A DNA stretch of 54,874 nt. Source: a bacterium. Its GTDB lineage: Bacteria > Patescibacteriota > Patescibacteriia > HK-STAS-PATE-3. The stretch spans positions 1 through 54,874 of the forward strand of contig JAZDMR010000023.1 of NCBI GenBank assembly GCA_043800725.1, read 5' to 3'. Of the stretch, positions 1-9,863 are shown one piece after another. The notes under the pieces were generated by a model. The model was given only the letters and a program-made list of their open reading frames with translations, was not told where the DNA came from and did not search any database. Position numbers and translations under genes: made by a program. How positions within the stretch are numbered: position 1 is the first letter of the stretch; each line of letters begins with the position of its first letter.

Positions 1-134
1 CTAAAAACACTAATCTTGCTACGGTGACTGATGATGAACTTCAGGCCATAGAAGACCGGATCAACAACCGCCCCCGAAAGAAACTTAATTACCTGACCCC
101 TAATGAGGCTTTGGGTGTTGCACTAAATTCCTGA
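1..134 (+). mobile_element. IS30-family transposase, C-terminal 43 codons only (the rest lies outside the window)
   Basis: The frame starting at nt 3 reads KNTNLATVTDDELQAIEDRINNRPRKKLNYLTPNEALGVALNS-stop. The NNRPRKxLxYxTPxE block is the conserved C-terminal signature of IS30-type DDE transposases. Confidence 0.6.
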
Positions 135-341
135 GTTCAAAATTTTGTTATTTTTGGATTTCTTTTAGTAAATCTTCGACTGCTTAAATAATGGAAGATT
201 TTGGCTGATTTTATTAGTACAACTGGCAATTGTTTCTTCGCCAGTCCTGGTATAAAAAGTATAAATAATTTCTATCCCATCAGCAGCTGTTGGACAATCA
301 TCCGTAAACGGCTGCTTTCTAATTAATTCGAAATCCGACGA

Positions 342-626
342 TCAAATCAGTGCTTGTAGCTCTTTAATTGTTATTGTAGATACTGAGCCTGAATTTATTG
401 TTTCTATCCCGCTTTCTCTTTTACTAGTAACTAAATAACTACTGTCCGTATTAACTATTGTCGTTTCATTACAATCTCCCCAAGGACACAGCCCTCCATG
501 AGAATATACCCTGATAATTATATTGTCATTTTCTGATTCGATTTTTACTTCCTGGATATTTAGAAAAAATAAATAAGCTGATAGGCCTAAGCCCATTACA
601 ATAATAATTAATACTAGTTTTTTCAT
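342..626 (-). CDS. small membrane-anchored hypothetical protein (an in-frame TGA at 342-344 is followed by 58 more sense codons)
   Basis: 94-aa ORF with an N-terminal hydrophobic helix. Its ATG overlaps the stop of the upstream gene (ATGA). Confidence 0.5.
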   Translation of the reverse strand: MKKLVLIIIVMGLGLSAYLFFLNIQEVKIESENDNIIIRVYSHGGLCPWGDCNETTIVNTDSSYLVTSKRESGIETINSGSVSTITIKELQALI

Positions 627-1315
627 TCTATTACCGTCCCTCGAAAAGCCCTGCCCGATAGTGCTTTTTTAAGCTCGGACAAGCGCTGGCCCTTAATAAT
701 ATAAACTGAAATATTATTATTTTTTGCCAACCTGCTGGCTTTCGGGTCAAATGGAGAATTTAGTCGCGGTTTCCATTTTTTGGGAATTATTTTGAAATAA
801 TCAGACCAATTAATTTGCTTTATCGGCTTGGCTTCAGGAAATCTATCCGGATCTTTATCATAAACATGGTCAATGTCAGACAGATTAATTACAGTTTTTA
901 TGCCTAGGGCCTTGGCAATCAAAACCGCATCTACATCCGAGGAATGACCCGGTTGATAACCGCCCCCAAATAGTATTGGTTTTACAAATTTTGGCGGTTT
1001 CTCGGGATTGTCATACAAAACTGGATGAGCCCACTTGCCAAAAATGCTTCTGAGCAAGTGAGCATGCAGTTTAGTCGCGGCAATGCCAATCCAATCTAAA
1101 TCAACTGGAGCGATCTTGGTAATCTCACGAGCTGCCATATTATATCGTTTATTGGTCTTCCCCCCTCCCGTGATAATACAAAACCGATAACCCCGTCTAA
1201 CCCAGGCCAGAATAACTTTTTTAAAGTTTTTTAAATACTTGACATCTATCTCGTCAGGAGCAATCAAAGAGCCGCCTAATGATATCACAAATAATTTATT
1301 TAAATTTTTTTTCAT
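623..1315 (-). CDS. pyrH: UMP kinase, archaeal-type (amino-acid kinase fold)
   Basis: 230 aa. Motifs SLGGS and ITGGG with a PGHSSD block, and a length typical of archaeal-type uridylate kinases. Confidence 0.7.
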   Translation of the reverse strand: MKKNLNKLFVISLGGSLIAPDEIDVKYLKNFKKVILAWVRRGYRFCIITGGGKTNKRYNMAAREITKIAPVDLDWIGIAATKLHAHLLRSIFGKWAHPVLYDNPEKPPKFVKPILFGGGYQPGHSSDVDAVLIAKALGIKTVINLSDIDHVYDKDPDRFPEAKPIKQINWSDYFKIIPKKWKPRLNSPFDPKASRLAKNNNISVYIIKGQRLSELKKALSGRAFRGTVIE

Positions 1316-2391
1316 TCTAGATATTTAAGCCTGTTAGCATTGTGCTCTTCCAGCGTTCTGCCCCAATGAGTATTTTTATCCGAATCAGTTAGGTAATAGA
1401 AATTATCATTAGGAATAGGATTAAGCGCTGCTTCAATGGCATCTAGGCCGGGATTGCAAATCGGACCCGGGGGCAAGCCAACGTTTTGATAGGTATTGTA
1501 GGAACTTTCAGTTTCTAAATCATCAAATGACGGTCTTGGATTGCTTTTACCTGTCGCGTAATTAACGGTCGCATCAGACTGCAGCGCCATGCCAAGGTCC
1601 AAGCGCCTCCAAAATAAATCCGCTGCCATGCGCCTGTCCTCACTCGTTGTCAGCTCTTTTTCTAATATTGAAGCCATTATTAAATTATCGTAAAAAGAAC
1701 GGCTGGAGGCGTCAATCTGAGCCATAACATCGTCATCCAATTGAATATTAAAGTTATCCAGCATTCTGACAGCTACTTCAGTCGGGGTAGCATCTTTATA
1801 AAAACGATACGTATCCGGAAAGAAAAAACCTTCTAGGGTATTTTCACCTGGTTTAAGACTGAAGTAACTGCTGTCCAATGGCTGGTCGCTTAATTGCGAC
1901 GGCTGAGTCCTCTGCAGTTCATTAAAAAAGCTTCCCTCCAAAACGGTTTGACTTATTTCAGTATTGGTTGAATGCTGAGCATTTAAAGCAAATTCTTCTG
2001 CTAATCGTTGAGCTAATTCTACATTGGAAAGCCCCTCTGGAATAGTTACGATAATCTCATTGATCAGCCCTTCTCCCGAAGATAAGGCTCGGGCGATTAC
2101 ATCAGCGCCTTGGCTGGCATCTAATTGGTAATCCCCTGCTTGAATTTGAGCCGAAAGCCCTTGCCATCTAATATACAGAATAAACGCTGTTTCATTGCGT
2201 ATAATATTTTCCTGTTTTAAATTATTGGCAATAATCTCTACGCTACTGCCTGAAGCCACGGTGAAATCTACCAGCCGACTATTATCCTCCGGGGCCGACA
2301 AATTATTTTTTAACCACAGCCAACCGGCTAATCCAATAACTACTATTATCACCAGAACGGCGATAATTATTTTTACGGTTAGTTTAGTCAT
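1312..2391 (-). CDS. mltG: endolytic murein transglycosylase MltG (YceG family)
   Basis: N-terminal TM helix, EGFFFPDTY motif and overall YceG-like layout. Confidence 0.8.
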   Translation of the reverse strand: MTKLTVKIIIAVLVIIVVIGLAGWLWLKNNLSAPEDNSRLVDFTVASGSSVEIIANNLKQENIIRNETAFILYIRWQGLSAQIQAGDYQLDASQGADVIARALSSGEGLINEIIVTIPEGLSNVELAQRLAEEFALNAQHSTNTEISQTVLEGSFFNELQRTQPSQLSDQPLDSSYFSLKPGENTLEGFFFPDTYRFYKDATPTEVAVRMLDNFNIQLDDDVMAQIDASSRSFYDNLIMASILEKELTTSEDRRMAADLFWRRLDLGMALQSDATVNYATGKSNPRPSFDDLETESSYNTYQNVGLPPGPICNPGLDAIEAALNPIPNDNFYYLTDSDKNTHWGRTLEEHNANRLKYLE

Positions 2392-2432
2392 GGTTTCTTA
2401 TCAACCTCAATAACGCAAAAACGGCCAATAAA

Positions 2433-3521
2433 TTAAAGCAACTCTTCTAGATTTTTCTTTTTTAGCATTTGAACAATCTCTTTCACTTCGCTGGAAAAGC
2501 TCTGATGCGCCACTAGAATTGCATCTCCGGTATCTACAATAATCATGTCTCTCAATCCCAAGACTGAAATTAGCCGATCTTTGGAAGCAAATACCAGCGT
2601 TCTTTTAGTATGATGAGTAAGAGCTTTCCCGCGAACCACATTATTCTGAGCATCGTGAGGCAGCAGTTCGTAAATTAAATACCACTTACCCGTATCAGAC
2701 CATCCCAAGCGCCCGGCTACTGCGCCCATTTTTGGAATAAAACGAGTTACCGCTTCTTCAATAGACATTGGGGGCAAAGCGTGATATTCACGCTTTAATA
2801 CCGATAAAAATTTATTAGTACCAACCGCATTAGCTATCTTTCCCAAGCGGGCATAGATAAAGGGTTGATACATTTCAAAATAAGACAGAATGGTTGAAGC
2901 TTTCCAGATGTATTGCCCGGTATGTGCCTGAAATTTAGGATTCTTCATTATCCGCTTCAGCATTGCTGCCTTAGGCTTTTCTACCCAGCGTTTGGCAATA
3001 TGAAAATTCTGCCCTCTGTCTCGGCCAATATGCTGTCCTAGCTCAATATAACTTAGTCCTTGATCCGGCCTCTGTACTGACGAAGCTATCGCCAATGCAT
3101 AAAACGGTTTCTTCTTTAAAAACTGTTCGGAAGCCTTTAATAATGTTCGAAACCGGCCCACCTCGCCAAAAACATCATCCACGGTCAGGCTAGCTATTAC
3201 CGGATCTTCATCAGGCTTGGTTCTTGATTGAATTATCACTGATTCCAGCCCAATGGCCGGACCGGTATTTTTACCCACTGGCTCAACAATAATATTTTCT
3301 TTTAGAACTTTGGGCAGCTGTTTTTTTACGACTGGTATAAAACCTGGAGGCACAGAAACAAATAAGTCTTTTGGTGATTTTAAAAGCGGCTCAATCTCTT
3401 CATACTTGGATTGTAATAATGACTTCTTTCCCAATAACGGCAAGAATTGTTTCGGGCTTTTTGACCTAGACAACGGCCAAAGCCTTGTCCCGCACCCTCC
3501 AGCACGAATTACAATCTTCAT
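2433..3521 (-). CDS. sugar-1-phosphate nucleotidyltransferase (mannose-1-phosphate guanylyltransferase-like)
   Basis: N-terminal AGGCGTRLWPLSR nucleotidyltransferase signature; 362 aa. Confidence 0.7.
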   Translation of the reverse strand: MKIVIRAGGCGTRLWPLSRSKSPKQFLPLLGKKSLLQSKYEEIEPLLKSPKDLFVSVPPGFIPVVKKQLPKVLKENIIVEPVGKNTGPAIGLESVIIQSRTKPDEDPVIASLTVDDVFGEVGRFRTLLKASEQFLKKKPFYALAIASSVQRPDQGLSYIELGQHIGRDRGQNFHIAKRWVEKPKAAMLKRIMKNPKFQAHTGQYIWKASTILSYFEMYQPFIYARLGKIANAVGTNKFLSVLKREYHALPPMSIEEAVTRFIPKMGAVAGRLGWSDTGKWYLIYELLPHDAQNNVVRGKALTHHTKRTLVFASKDRLISVLGLRDMIIVDTGDAILVAHQSFSSEVKEIVQMLKKKNLEELL

Positions 3522-4057
3522 ATTATTTTTCTCCGATAGACTATTTGGTAAGCGCGTATTAATGCTATGGCTGAATCAGCGTTGCTAAGTATACCATCAA
3601 TTGCCATTTTTGCCGCTTTTTTTAAGGGTACTTTTTTTACTCTAATATCTTCATCCTCATCACCTGATAATTTATTAGATGACAAGTCGCGAGCTAAATA
3701 CAAATATCTTGGCCATTTCCACGAGCCTCCGCCCTGAAAAGAATAAAGCATCTGAAATTTCTTGGCCCGATAGCCAATCTCTTCTTGCAATTCACGATTT
3801 GCGGCTTTTCGCGGTTGCTCTCCTGGTTCTAATCTGCCGCTGGGTAAATGCCAAACAAGTTTATTGATAGCACTTCGATATTCCTGGATTAAGAAAGTGT
3901 TCTTTTTATCATCTACTGCGACAATAATTACTGTTGCTGGTCTTTCTATTACCTCTCGTACAACTCTCCTGCCATCAGGTAAAGTAATAAAAAGAGAATT
4001 AATTTGAAAAACATCGCCACGAAATATATTTTTTGATGAAATTACTTTTTCATTCAT
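3518..4057 (-). CDS. NUDIX hydrolase
   Basis: Nudix box GRLEPGEQPRKAANRELQEEIGY. Confidence 0.75.
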   Translation of the reverse strand: MNEKVISSKNIFRGDVFQINSLFITLPDGRRVVREVIERPATVIIVAVDDKKNTFLIQEYRSAINKLVWHLPSGRLEPGEQPRKAANRELQEEIGYRAKKFQMLYSFQGGGSWKWPRYLYLARDLSSNKLSGDEDEDIRVKKVPLKKAAKMAIDGILSNADSAIALIRAYQIVYRRKII

Positions 4058-4066
4058 GTAATTCGC

Positions 4067-4684
4067 TTAAGTCACCAGAGGCACAAAACGCCAGCCTGGA
4101 AACTCTTGATATGAAATTTTTTTATCAGCACTTTTAGACACTAATACCAAAGACTGGCTTTCATTATCACCTACCGGGATAATCATTCGCCCTAGACTGT
4201 TCAACTGATCAATGAGCCTGTCTGGAACCTCAGAGCTAGCAGCAGCTACATGAATTATGTCATAAGGAGCCTGCTTTGGTAAACCTTGGCTGCCATTCTG
4301 TAATATAAATGAAACATTTTGATAGCCCATAGCTAGTACATTTTCCTGTCCAAAATTCTTTAATTCTGGAATTCTTTCAAGGGCATAAACGTGACCTAAA
4401 GGACCCACAATCTCAGCAAATAATGCTGAAGTCCAGCCTGATCCACTACCAACATCCAACACCTTTTGTTTAGGTCGAGGTTGCAGCTTTTCCAGCATAA
4501 AGGCCACAGTCAAGGGCTGAGAATTAGTCTGGGAACTGCCTATGGGTATTGGCGCATTAATCTCAGCTTCAAATATCCTTGATTTTGGCAAAAAATTTGC
4601 TCTAGGCACGGACTTAAAAGCGCTAATGATGCGAGGAGTAAAAAGCACACCCTGCTCAATTAAACTATCAATAAGTAATGCCAT
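4067..4684 (-). CDS. pcm: protein-L-isoaspartate O-methyltransferase
   Basis: SAM-binding VLDVGSGSGW motif; length and layout typical of Pcm. Confidence 0.8.
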   Translation of the reverse strand: MALLIDSLIEQGVLFTPRIISAFKSVPRANFLPKSRIFEAEINAPIPIGSSQTNSQPLTVAFMLEKLQPRPKQKVLDVGSGSGWTSALFAEIVGPLGHVYALERIPELKNFGQENVLAMGYQNVSFILQNGSQGLPKQAPYDIIHVAAASSEVPDRLIDQLNSLGRMIIPVGDNESQSLVLVSKSADKKISYQEFPGWRFVPLVT

Positions 4685-4801
4685 AAATTTAAATAAAACA
4701 ACTTTCGGTTTTAGTATATCAAAGAAACATGAAGGGCTGAATTTGACTTTTTTAACTAATATTAGTGTTTTTTTATTTATCTCCGCTTCAGTCGCAGAAT
4801 A

Positions 4802-4832
4802 TTGACAATATCCTGACTATTGTGATATAAAC
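4802..4832 (+). promoter_or_regulatory. candidate sigma70-type promoter for the surface-protein/sortase cluster
   Basis: TTGACA at 4802-4807, an A/T-rich -10-like TGTGATATAA about 17-19 nt downstream, and an AGAGAGG RBS before the ATG at 4932. Confidence 0.3.
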
Positions 4833-4931
4833 CAAAGTCGTGTTATTATCGCAATGTGCTGAATTTCTGTATTAACAACAGTTAGGAGATCAGCATGCTA
4901 AATTATATTATTAATTATTAAGAGAGGTACT

Positions 4932-6911
4932 ATGCTAAATTTCAAACATCAAGCATTACCCCGACTAGCGGATCCTATCCGTTTTCTTCTTGTTGGGGCA
5001 GTAGTTTTCGGGCTGATAATTCAACCAATAAGTTCCATTGCTTTTTCCAAGGCTGAGCAAGGCCCAGAAGGAGATGGCACCGGTGTATCAGCAGTAATTG
5101 GGTATAGCATCCAGGGATATGTCTGGGATGACAATGCTGTTGATAAATCATTCGATCCTGCTGATATTGGGCTCGAGGGCTGGACAGTTGAAATCTCAAA
5201 AGCCCCAGCCCCAGGAGAATCTATTCTGCCAATTCTAGGCCCTGAAACGACTGATGCTACCGGCTTTTATAAATTTGAAAACTTACGTCCTGGCACATAC
5301 ACAGTCTGTCAGGTCGATAAAGTTGAGTTAGGCTGGAAACAAACTTTTCCTGATTCCACATCTGATAACCCCTTCGGCTGTCATGAAATAACAGTCGAAC
5401 TAGCCACCAATAGAGATGAGGGACCAGCTAATTATAACTTTGGCAACTTTCTAATGGGTTTTGGTTCAATTTCAGGTGTTGTTTGGAACGATGCTGACGG
5501 AGACGCCACTCGGATAATTCCTGACGAAGTTGGTTTGGAAAACTGGACAGTGAATCTATTGACCAGCTGCTCGGAAGATTTTAATCGTTACGACCTTAAT
5601 CTTGATAGCGTTATTGATCCGACAGATTTTTCTTTATTCACCGGCCTATTCAACACCTTTTCAGTAAGTGCTGACTTGAATGGTGATGGATTATTGACTC
5701 AGCCAGATGAAGACTGCTTTGGCATCCTTTACAGTGGCGGTTCAATTGATAGTCCTCTCACAGTGATTGGAACAACCACATCTGACGCTGATGGAAACTA
5801 CTCATTCGCTGATCTAGGCTATGGCAACTACTGGGTAAATGAGGATGTTCAGGTTGATTGGACGCAGACCAAGCCAGGCGGCGATGGAGTTTACGGACCT
5901 TTAGGCGTGGCCCCGACAACCAGCTGGACCGAACAAGACTTTGGCAACTGGATTCCGGTTGCTGAAGAGCCTGTGATTGAAGAGGAAGAACCAGTTGAAC
6001 CGGCAGGAGAAGAGGTTGTGATTGAGGAAGAAGAAGTCGTTCTGCCTGTTATAGAACTGGACAAAATCGCTTCGGCAAATTCAGTCATTGCTGATGCTCA
6101 GGTAACTTATACCTTCAATTACACTGTTTCTGACGCAACTGCCAGCTCAGTGGTTTTAAGCGACCCGCTGCCCGACTACATGACTTTCGTTTCTGCCAGC
6201 GATGAAGGCGCTTACGACCCATTAACCAATGTGGTTACTTGGAATTTGGGCGACAAAGAGCCGGGTAATTATCTGACAACCATGACCGTGCAAGTCGATG
6301 GGGTAATTACTAATGGCACTAAAATTGAAAATGTCGCAACAATCTCAGCCAGCGAAATTGAACCCGTAACTGACAATGCTATAGTAACGGTAAATTCTCG
6401 ACCAGTTTTAACTGTAAAAAAAATGATCGACCAAGACACGGCTTCCCGAGGCGACACCCTTCTCTACACTGTTCTGATTACCAATGAAGGTACCGATACT
6501 GCCAAGAACCTAACAGCCAAAGACATTTTGCCACAGGGTTTCACTACCAAGGATGATCAGGTGAGCGAATTCTCCGTTAAATTTAACGACCTGGAAGTGG
6601 ACAAATCAGTAGCCACCTCTTATGAGGTCGTGGTGGGCGATCAAGTGGCTAAGGGTAGCTATGACAACACTGTTACAGCTTCGGCGGATAATACTGAATC
6701 GGTTAGCGCCACTGCCACAGTTGAAATTGAAGTCTTGGGAGAAGTATTAGGCGTTGAAACTGTTGCTGAGCCGGAAGTACTAGGAGCAGAGGCTACTCTT
6801 CCAGAAACAGGATTGGGTTTAATTGATCTGTTGATTATGATTACTGGCCTTCTCACTATCAGTGGCGGAGTTTATCTGACTCGCCGACAAACCGGTCTCG
6901 CTATAAAGTAA
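4932..6911 (+). CDS. large cell-surface protein with a C-terminal LPXTG-type sorting signal
   Basis: Signal/TM at the N-terminus, SdrD-B/DUF11-like repeats, a dockerin/EF-hand-like DLNLDSVID..DLNGDG segment and an acidic E-rich linker. The C-terminus is LPETG followed by a hydrophobic helix and RRQ. Confidence 0.8.
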   Translation: MLNFKHQALPRLADPIRFLLVGAVVFGLIIQPISSIAFSKAEQGPEGDGTGVSAVIGYSIQGYVWDDNAVDKSFDPADIGLEGWTVEISKAPAPGESILPILGPETTDATGFYKFENLRPGTYTVCQVDKVELGWKQTFPDSTSDNPFGCHEITVELATNRDEGPANYNFGNFLMGFGSISGVVWNDADGDATRIIPDEVGLENWTVNLLTSCSEDFNRYDLNLDSVIDPTDFSLFTGLFNTFSVSADLNGDGLLTQPDEDCFGILYSGGSIDSPLTVIGTTTSDADGNYSFADLGYGNYWVNEDVQVDWTQTKPGGDGVYGPLGVAPTTSWTEQDFGNWIPVAEEPVIEEEEPVEPAGEEVVIEEEEVVLPVIELDKIASANSVIADAQVTYTFNYTVSDATASSVVLSDPLPDYMTFVSASDEGAYDPLTNVVTWNLGDKEPGNYLTTMTVQVDGVITNGTKIENVATISASEIEPVTDNAIVTVNSRPVLTVKKMIDQDTASRGDTLLYTVLITNEGTDTAKNLTAKDILPQGFTTKDDQVSEFSVKFNDLEVDKSVATSYEVVVGDQVAKGSYDNTVTASADNTESVSATATVEIEVLGEVLGVETVAEPEVLGAEATLPETGLGLIDLLIMITGLLTISGGVYLTRRQTGLAIK

Positions 6912-6969
6912 AAAAGTAACTTTGACATTCCCCTGGCCGCTAACGCGGCCGGGGGAATTTGGAAAAACT

Positions 6970-8004
6970 ATGTCCGGTAATATTAAAACAATCGCCTTTG
7001 TTGTACTGGTAAGCTCGTTAATCGCGGGTCAGTTTGTTTATGCTCAGGGGGTTGAAAAACCCAGTCAACTTTTTGTGCCTATTGTCGATTTAGAAATCAT
7101 CGGTTTAAATAAGATTTCCGCGGACAGCGTTACTGTTTTAACGATTAATTTTACTGTCAGTGAATACCCGATAACTGACGCAGTGTTGGATTTTACCTTG
7201 CCTGAGATGGTATTATTTGATTTTGCTAGCGGAACGGGCCAAATCAGTCAAGATAATATTATTACTTGGCACTACGAAAGCTTAGCCCCCGGTAATTATA
7301 CTGAAACTGTTTCAATAAGCCCGGTCTCACCTATTGCCAACGCAACAGAACTAGAATTTGACTCAAGCCTGTACTCCCGCGAAACCGTGGCTATCACGGA
7401 TACTTTCGTGATGACTGTCTTATCGGTCCCGCTCCTTAAAGTAATTAAAACTATCACGCCGACTTCCCTTTCTGCCGGAGAGCAAGCTGTCATCAGCGTT
7501 GAAATTTCCAATCAAGGAACTGATTCAGCCGAGAACGTGACAGTTACGGAAATTACATCTAATCAAATAGAAATAACCAACAGCGAAAAAACCAGAAAAA
7601 TCGGACAAATACCCGCTAACACGTCACAAACAATAGACTTTCAAATACGCTTAATATCAAATTCAAGCTCTGAGACAATTTCAACCGAAACAGTCATCAC
7701 TGCCGATAATCACGAAAAATTACTAGCCCTGGCTGATGTAAAAATAATTCCTGAGATTGTCTTGGTGCCTGAAGTCCAGGAACTTGAAAATATATTGAAG
7801 CCTGATGAGATAGCCACACCAGTGACAGAACAGATTGAACCATCTTCGACAGGTCAAGTTCTGGGCGCATCAACAAGCGCGGATGGATTAACTGAAACGG
7901 GAATCGGCTTCCGGGACTGGTTAACTGTCTTTGTTGCCACGTTTCTGATTACTGCTGGTATTACGACTTTACTTTTTTACCCATTCTCAAAAAACGGAAC
8001 TTAA
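6970..8004 (+). CDS. DUF11-like surface protein with an LTETG sorting signal
   Basis: ATG at 6970 with a GGGGGAA RBS (the ORF-track start at 6922 is a non-ATG extension). The C-terminus is LTETG followed by a hydrophobic helix. Confidence 0.7.
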   Translation: MSGNIKTIAFVVLVSSLIAGQFVYAQGVEKPSQLFVPIVDLEIIGLNKISADSVTVLTINFTVSEYPITDAVLDFTLPEMVLFDFASGTGQISQDNIITWHYESLAPGNYTETVSISPVSPIANATELEFDSSLYSRETVAITDTFVMTVLSVPLLKVIKTITPTSLSAGEQAVISVEISNQGTDSAENVTVTEITSNQIEITNSEKTRKIGQIPANTSQTIDFQIRLISNSSSETISTETVITADNHEKLLALADVKIIPEIVLVPEVQELENILKPDEIATPVTEQIEPSSTGQVLGASTSADGLTETGIGFRDWLTVFVATFLITAGITTLLFYPFSKNGT

Positions 8005-8007
8005 ACT

Positions 8008-8718
8008 ATGCCAGAGTTGAAACGCTCAGCCCCGGGGGAGGCTAACAAACCAATGCCCTCGGACCGTCTGAAAACTGCTAGGCCAATTTCGCCTACCCGT
8101 CATAAAATCATCAAAGCCGCAGCCATAACCTTAATTATTATCGGAGCTGTCATCTTAATATATCCATTTGTGCCGATAATCCGCTATGAAATTTTCCAGC
8201 CGGATCCGGTTTATCCATACGCTACTCTGTTGACAAATACCGAACAAACAGACAATCTAGAAATTCCTACTGAGCACCTGCCTTCTATTGAAAATAAGCT
8301 ACCTGATGCCAGCCGCTTGGTAATACCGAAAATCGGAGTGAATATGCCAATTGTGGAAGGTGAGAATGAAAAGGCACTATTTCGGGGTTCTTGGCGCGTC
8401 CCTGAAACCTCTACCCCTGATAACGGCGGTAATACGGTATTAACAGTTCATAGATTTCAGTATTTAGCCGGTCCAAACACTTTAGCGCTGGCTGACCGCT
8501 TAGAGGTGGGAGATTTAATTATTGTTTACTGGAAATCGGCAGACGACACCATTACAGAGTTTGATTATCGTATCTCAAAGACTTACCTTGTGGAACCCAA
8601 TCAAGTTGAAATACTTGATAACACGGTGGAAACTAAGCTAACATTATTTACTTGCGCTCCAATGTTCTCAACTAAAAATAGATTGGTGATAGAGGGGTCA
8701 CCGATAGAAAATCCTTAA
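8008..8718 (+). CDS. sortase (cysteine transpeptidase)
   Basis: N-terminal TM helix, catalytic His context LTVHRF, TLFTC Cys motif and a downstream Arg (NRLVIEG). Confidence 0.85.
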   Translation: MPELKRSAPGEANKPMPSDRLKTARPISPTRHKIIKAAAITLIIIGAVILIYPFVPIIRYEIFQPDPVYPYATLLTNTEQTDNLEIPTEHLPSIENKLPDASRLVIPKIGVNMPIVEGENEKALFRGSWRVPETSTPDNGGNTVLTVHRFQYLAGPNTLALADRLEVGDLIIVYWKSADDTITEFDYRISKTYLVEPNQVEILDNTVETKLTLFTCAPMFSTKNRLVIEGSPIENP

Positions 8719-8730
8719 TCTAACAAACCT

Positions 8731-9804
8731 ATGTCATGTCATACACAAGCATCATCCCCCCTTTCGCTAACCAAGTCAGCTATTAAATCAGCCCTGCTTT
8801 TGCTGGGATTTGTCAGTCTAATAGCTTTCACTCCTTCTGCACGAGCAGAGTCAGGTAATTTATCACTAAGTTTAACGCCGGAATCCCCCACTGTTCGATC
8901 CGGAGAATCAATCGACTTTTTAGTAATCGCTAAAGACAAGAAAACAGATCATACCTGGGAAGTAAACGACTTTGCTGAATTTACCGTTACTGATCCGGCC
9001 GGGACGATTAATCAGGGTGTTTATCAGGCTGGCAAGGCTGGTACCTGGACTGTTTTGGCTAGCTATAACGGCACCTCAGCATCCACTCTGGTGCGAGTCC
9101 AGCCTGGACCGGTCAAGAAAATCGAGATCAGCCCAAATTCAAAACCAGAAATCATCGCTTTGGGCAATCGAACCTCTTTCAAGGCAGCGGCATTTGATAG
9201 TTTGGGCAACTCAATAACCAACCCAACAGTTACTTGGAGTCTCGAAGGTTTAATTGGCACATTAGATTCTGGCGGTAAATTCTCCGGAACTAATCCTGGC
9301 AACGGCTCTATCATCGCAAAAATTGATGGAGTTAAATCAGTAGTCGACATTGCCGTAACTCAACCAGCTGCACAAAAAACTGAAACCATCGTCTCCGAGA
9401 CAACCGAAGAGACAAATAATACCAGCATCTCGGGAACTTTTGAAACAGATATCCAAGAAGGCGAGGTATTGGGTGAACAAGATGAAGTTAACGAAGACAA
9501 CAGCAATCAAAAAGAATCAGCCTCTGAGGCAACTTGCTGGGATATTAAATGGTGGGGCTGGTTAATAGTTATGATTGGCTTTTTAGCGCTGCTCTTGGGC
9601 TATTATTACCTTGTTCGCGCTACTAAATCAGCTTGGTTTTGGGCAGTGCCATTATTGCTCATTGTTGCGTTGCTGGTAGTTTTCTTTTCTTTCCGCTGTG
9701 ATAGCGCGGCTGGCTGGTTTCCCTGGATAAGCATTATTGCGGCCTTATTGATCACTCTATTTAGGCCAATGCGTTTCATTCCTACCAACGGAGATTCGCT
9801 CTAG
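8731..9804 (+). CDS. Big_2 (bacterial Ig-like) domain protein with a C-terminal multi-TM region
   Basis: Signal peptide, two Ig-like repeats (SPNSKPEIIALGNRTSFKAAAFDSLGN), an acidic linker and several C-terminal hydrophobic helices. Confidence 0.65.
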   Translation: MSCHTQASSPLSLTKSAIKSALLLLGFVSLIAFTPSARAESGNLSLSLTPESPTVRSGESIDFLVIAKDKKTDHTWEVNDFAEFTVTDPAGTINQGVYQAGKAGTWTVLASYNGTSASTLVRVQPGPVKKIEISPNSKPEIIALGNRTSFKAAAFDSLGNSITNPTVTWSLEGLIGTLDSGGKFSGTNPGNGSIIAKIDGVKSVVDIAVTQPAAQKTETIVSETTEETNNTSISGTFETDIQEGEVLGEQDEVNEDNSNQKESASEATCWDIKWWGWLIVMIGFLALLLGYYYLVRATKSAWFWAVPLLLIVALLVVFFSFRCDSAAGWFPWISIIAALLITLFRPMRFIPTNGDSL

Positions 9805-9826
9805 CCAATTATTAAAAAATACTCCC

Positions 9827-9855
9827 TAAACCGCTCCCGTTAATGGAGCGTTTTA
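9827..9855. terminator. hairpin between convergent genes (possible bidirectional terminator)
   Basis: CCGCTCC-cgttaat-GGAGCG stem followed by TTTT, with A-rich sequence on the other side. Confidence 0.4.
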
Positions 9856-9863
9856 GGTATTAG

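Noticed and set aside
342-344. UGA recoding (genetic code 4 or 25) or selenocysteine at the in-frame TGA.
   Set aside because: Conserved genes such as pyrH (TGA at 623-625) and the coupled ORF at 37853-37855 terminate at TGA at the expected lengths. No SECIS-like hairpin sits at the right distance, and both tRNA-Trp copies have the anticodon CCA.
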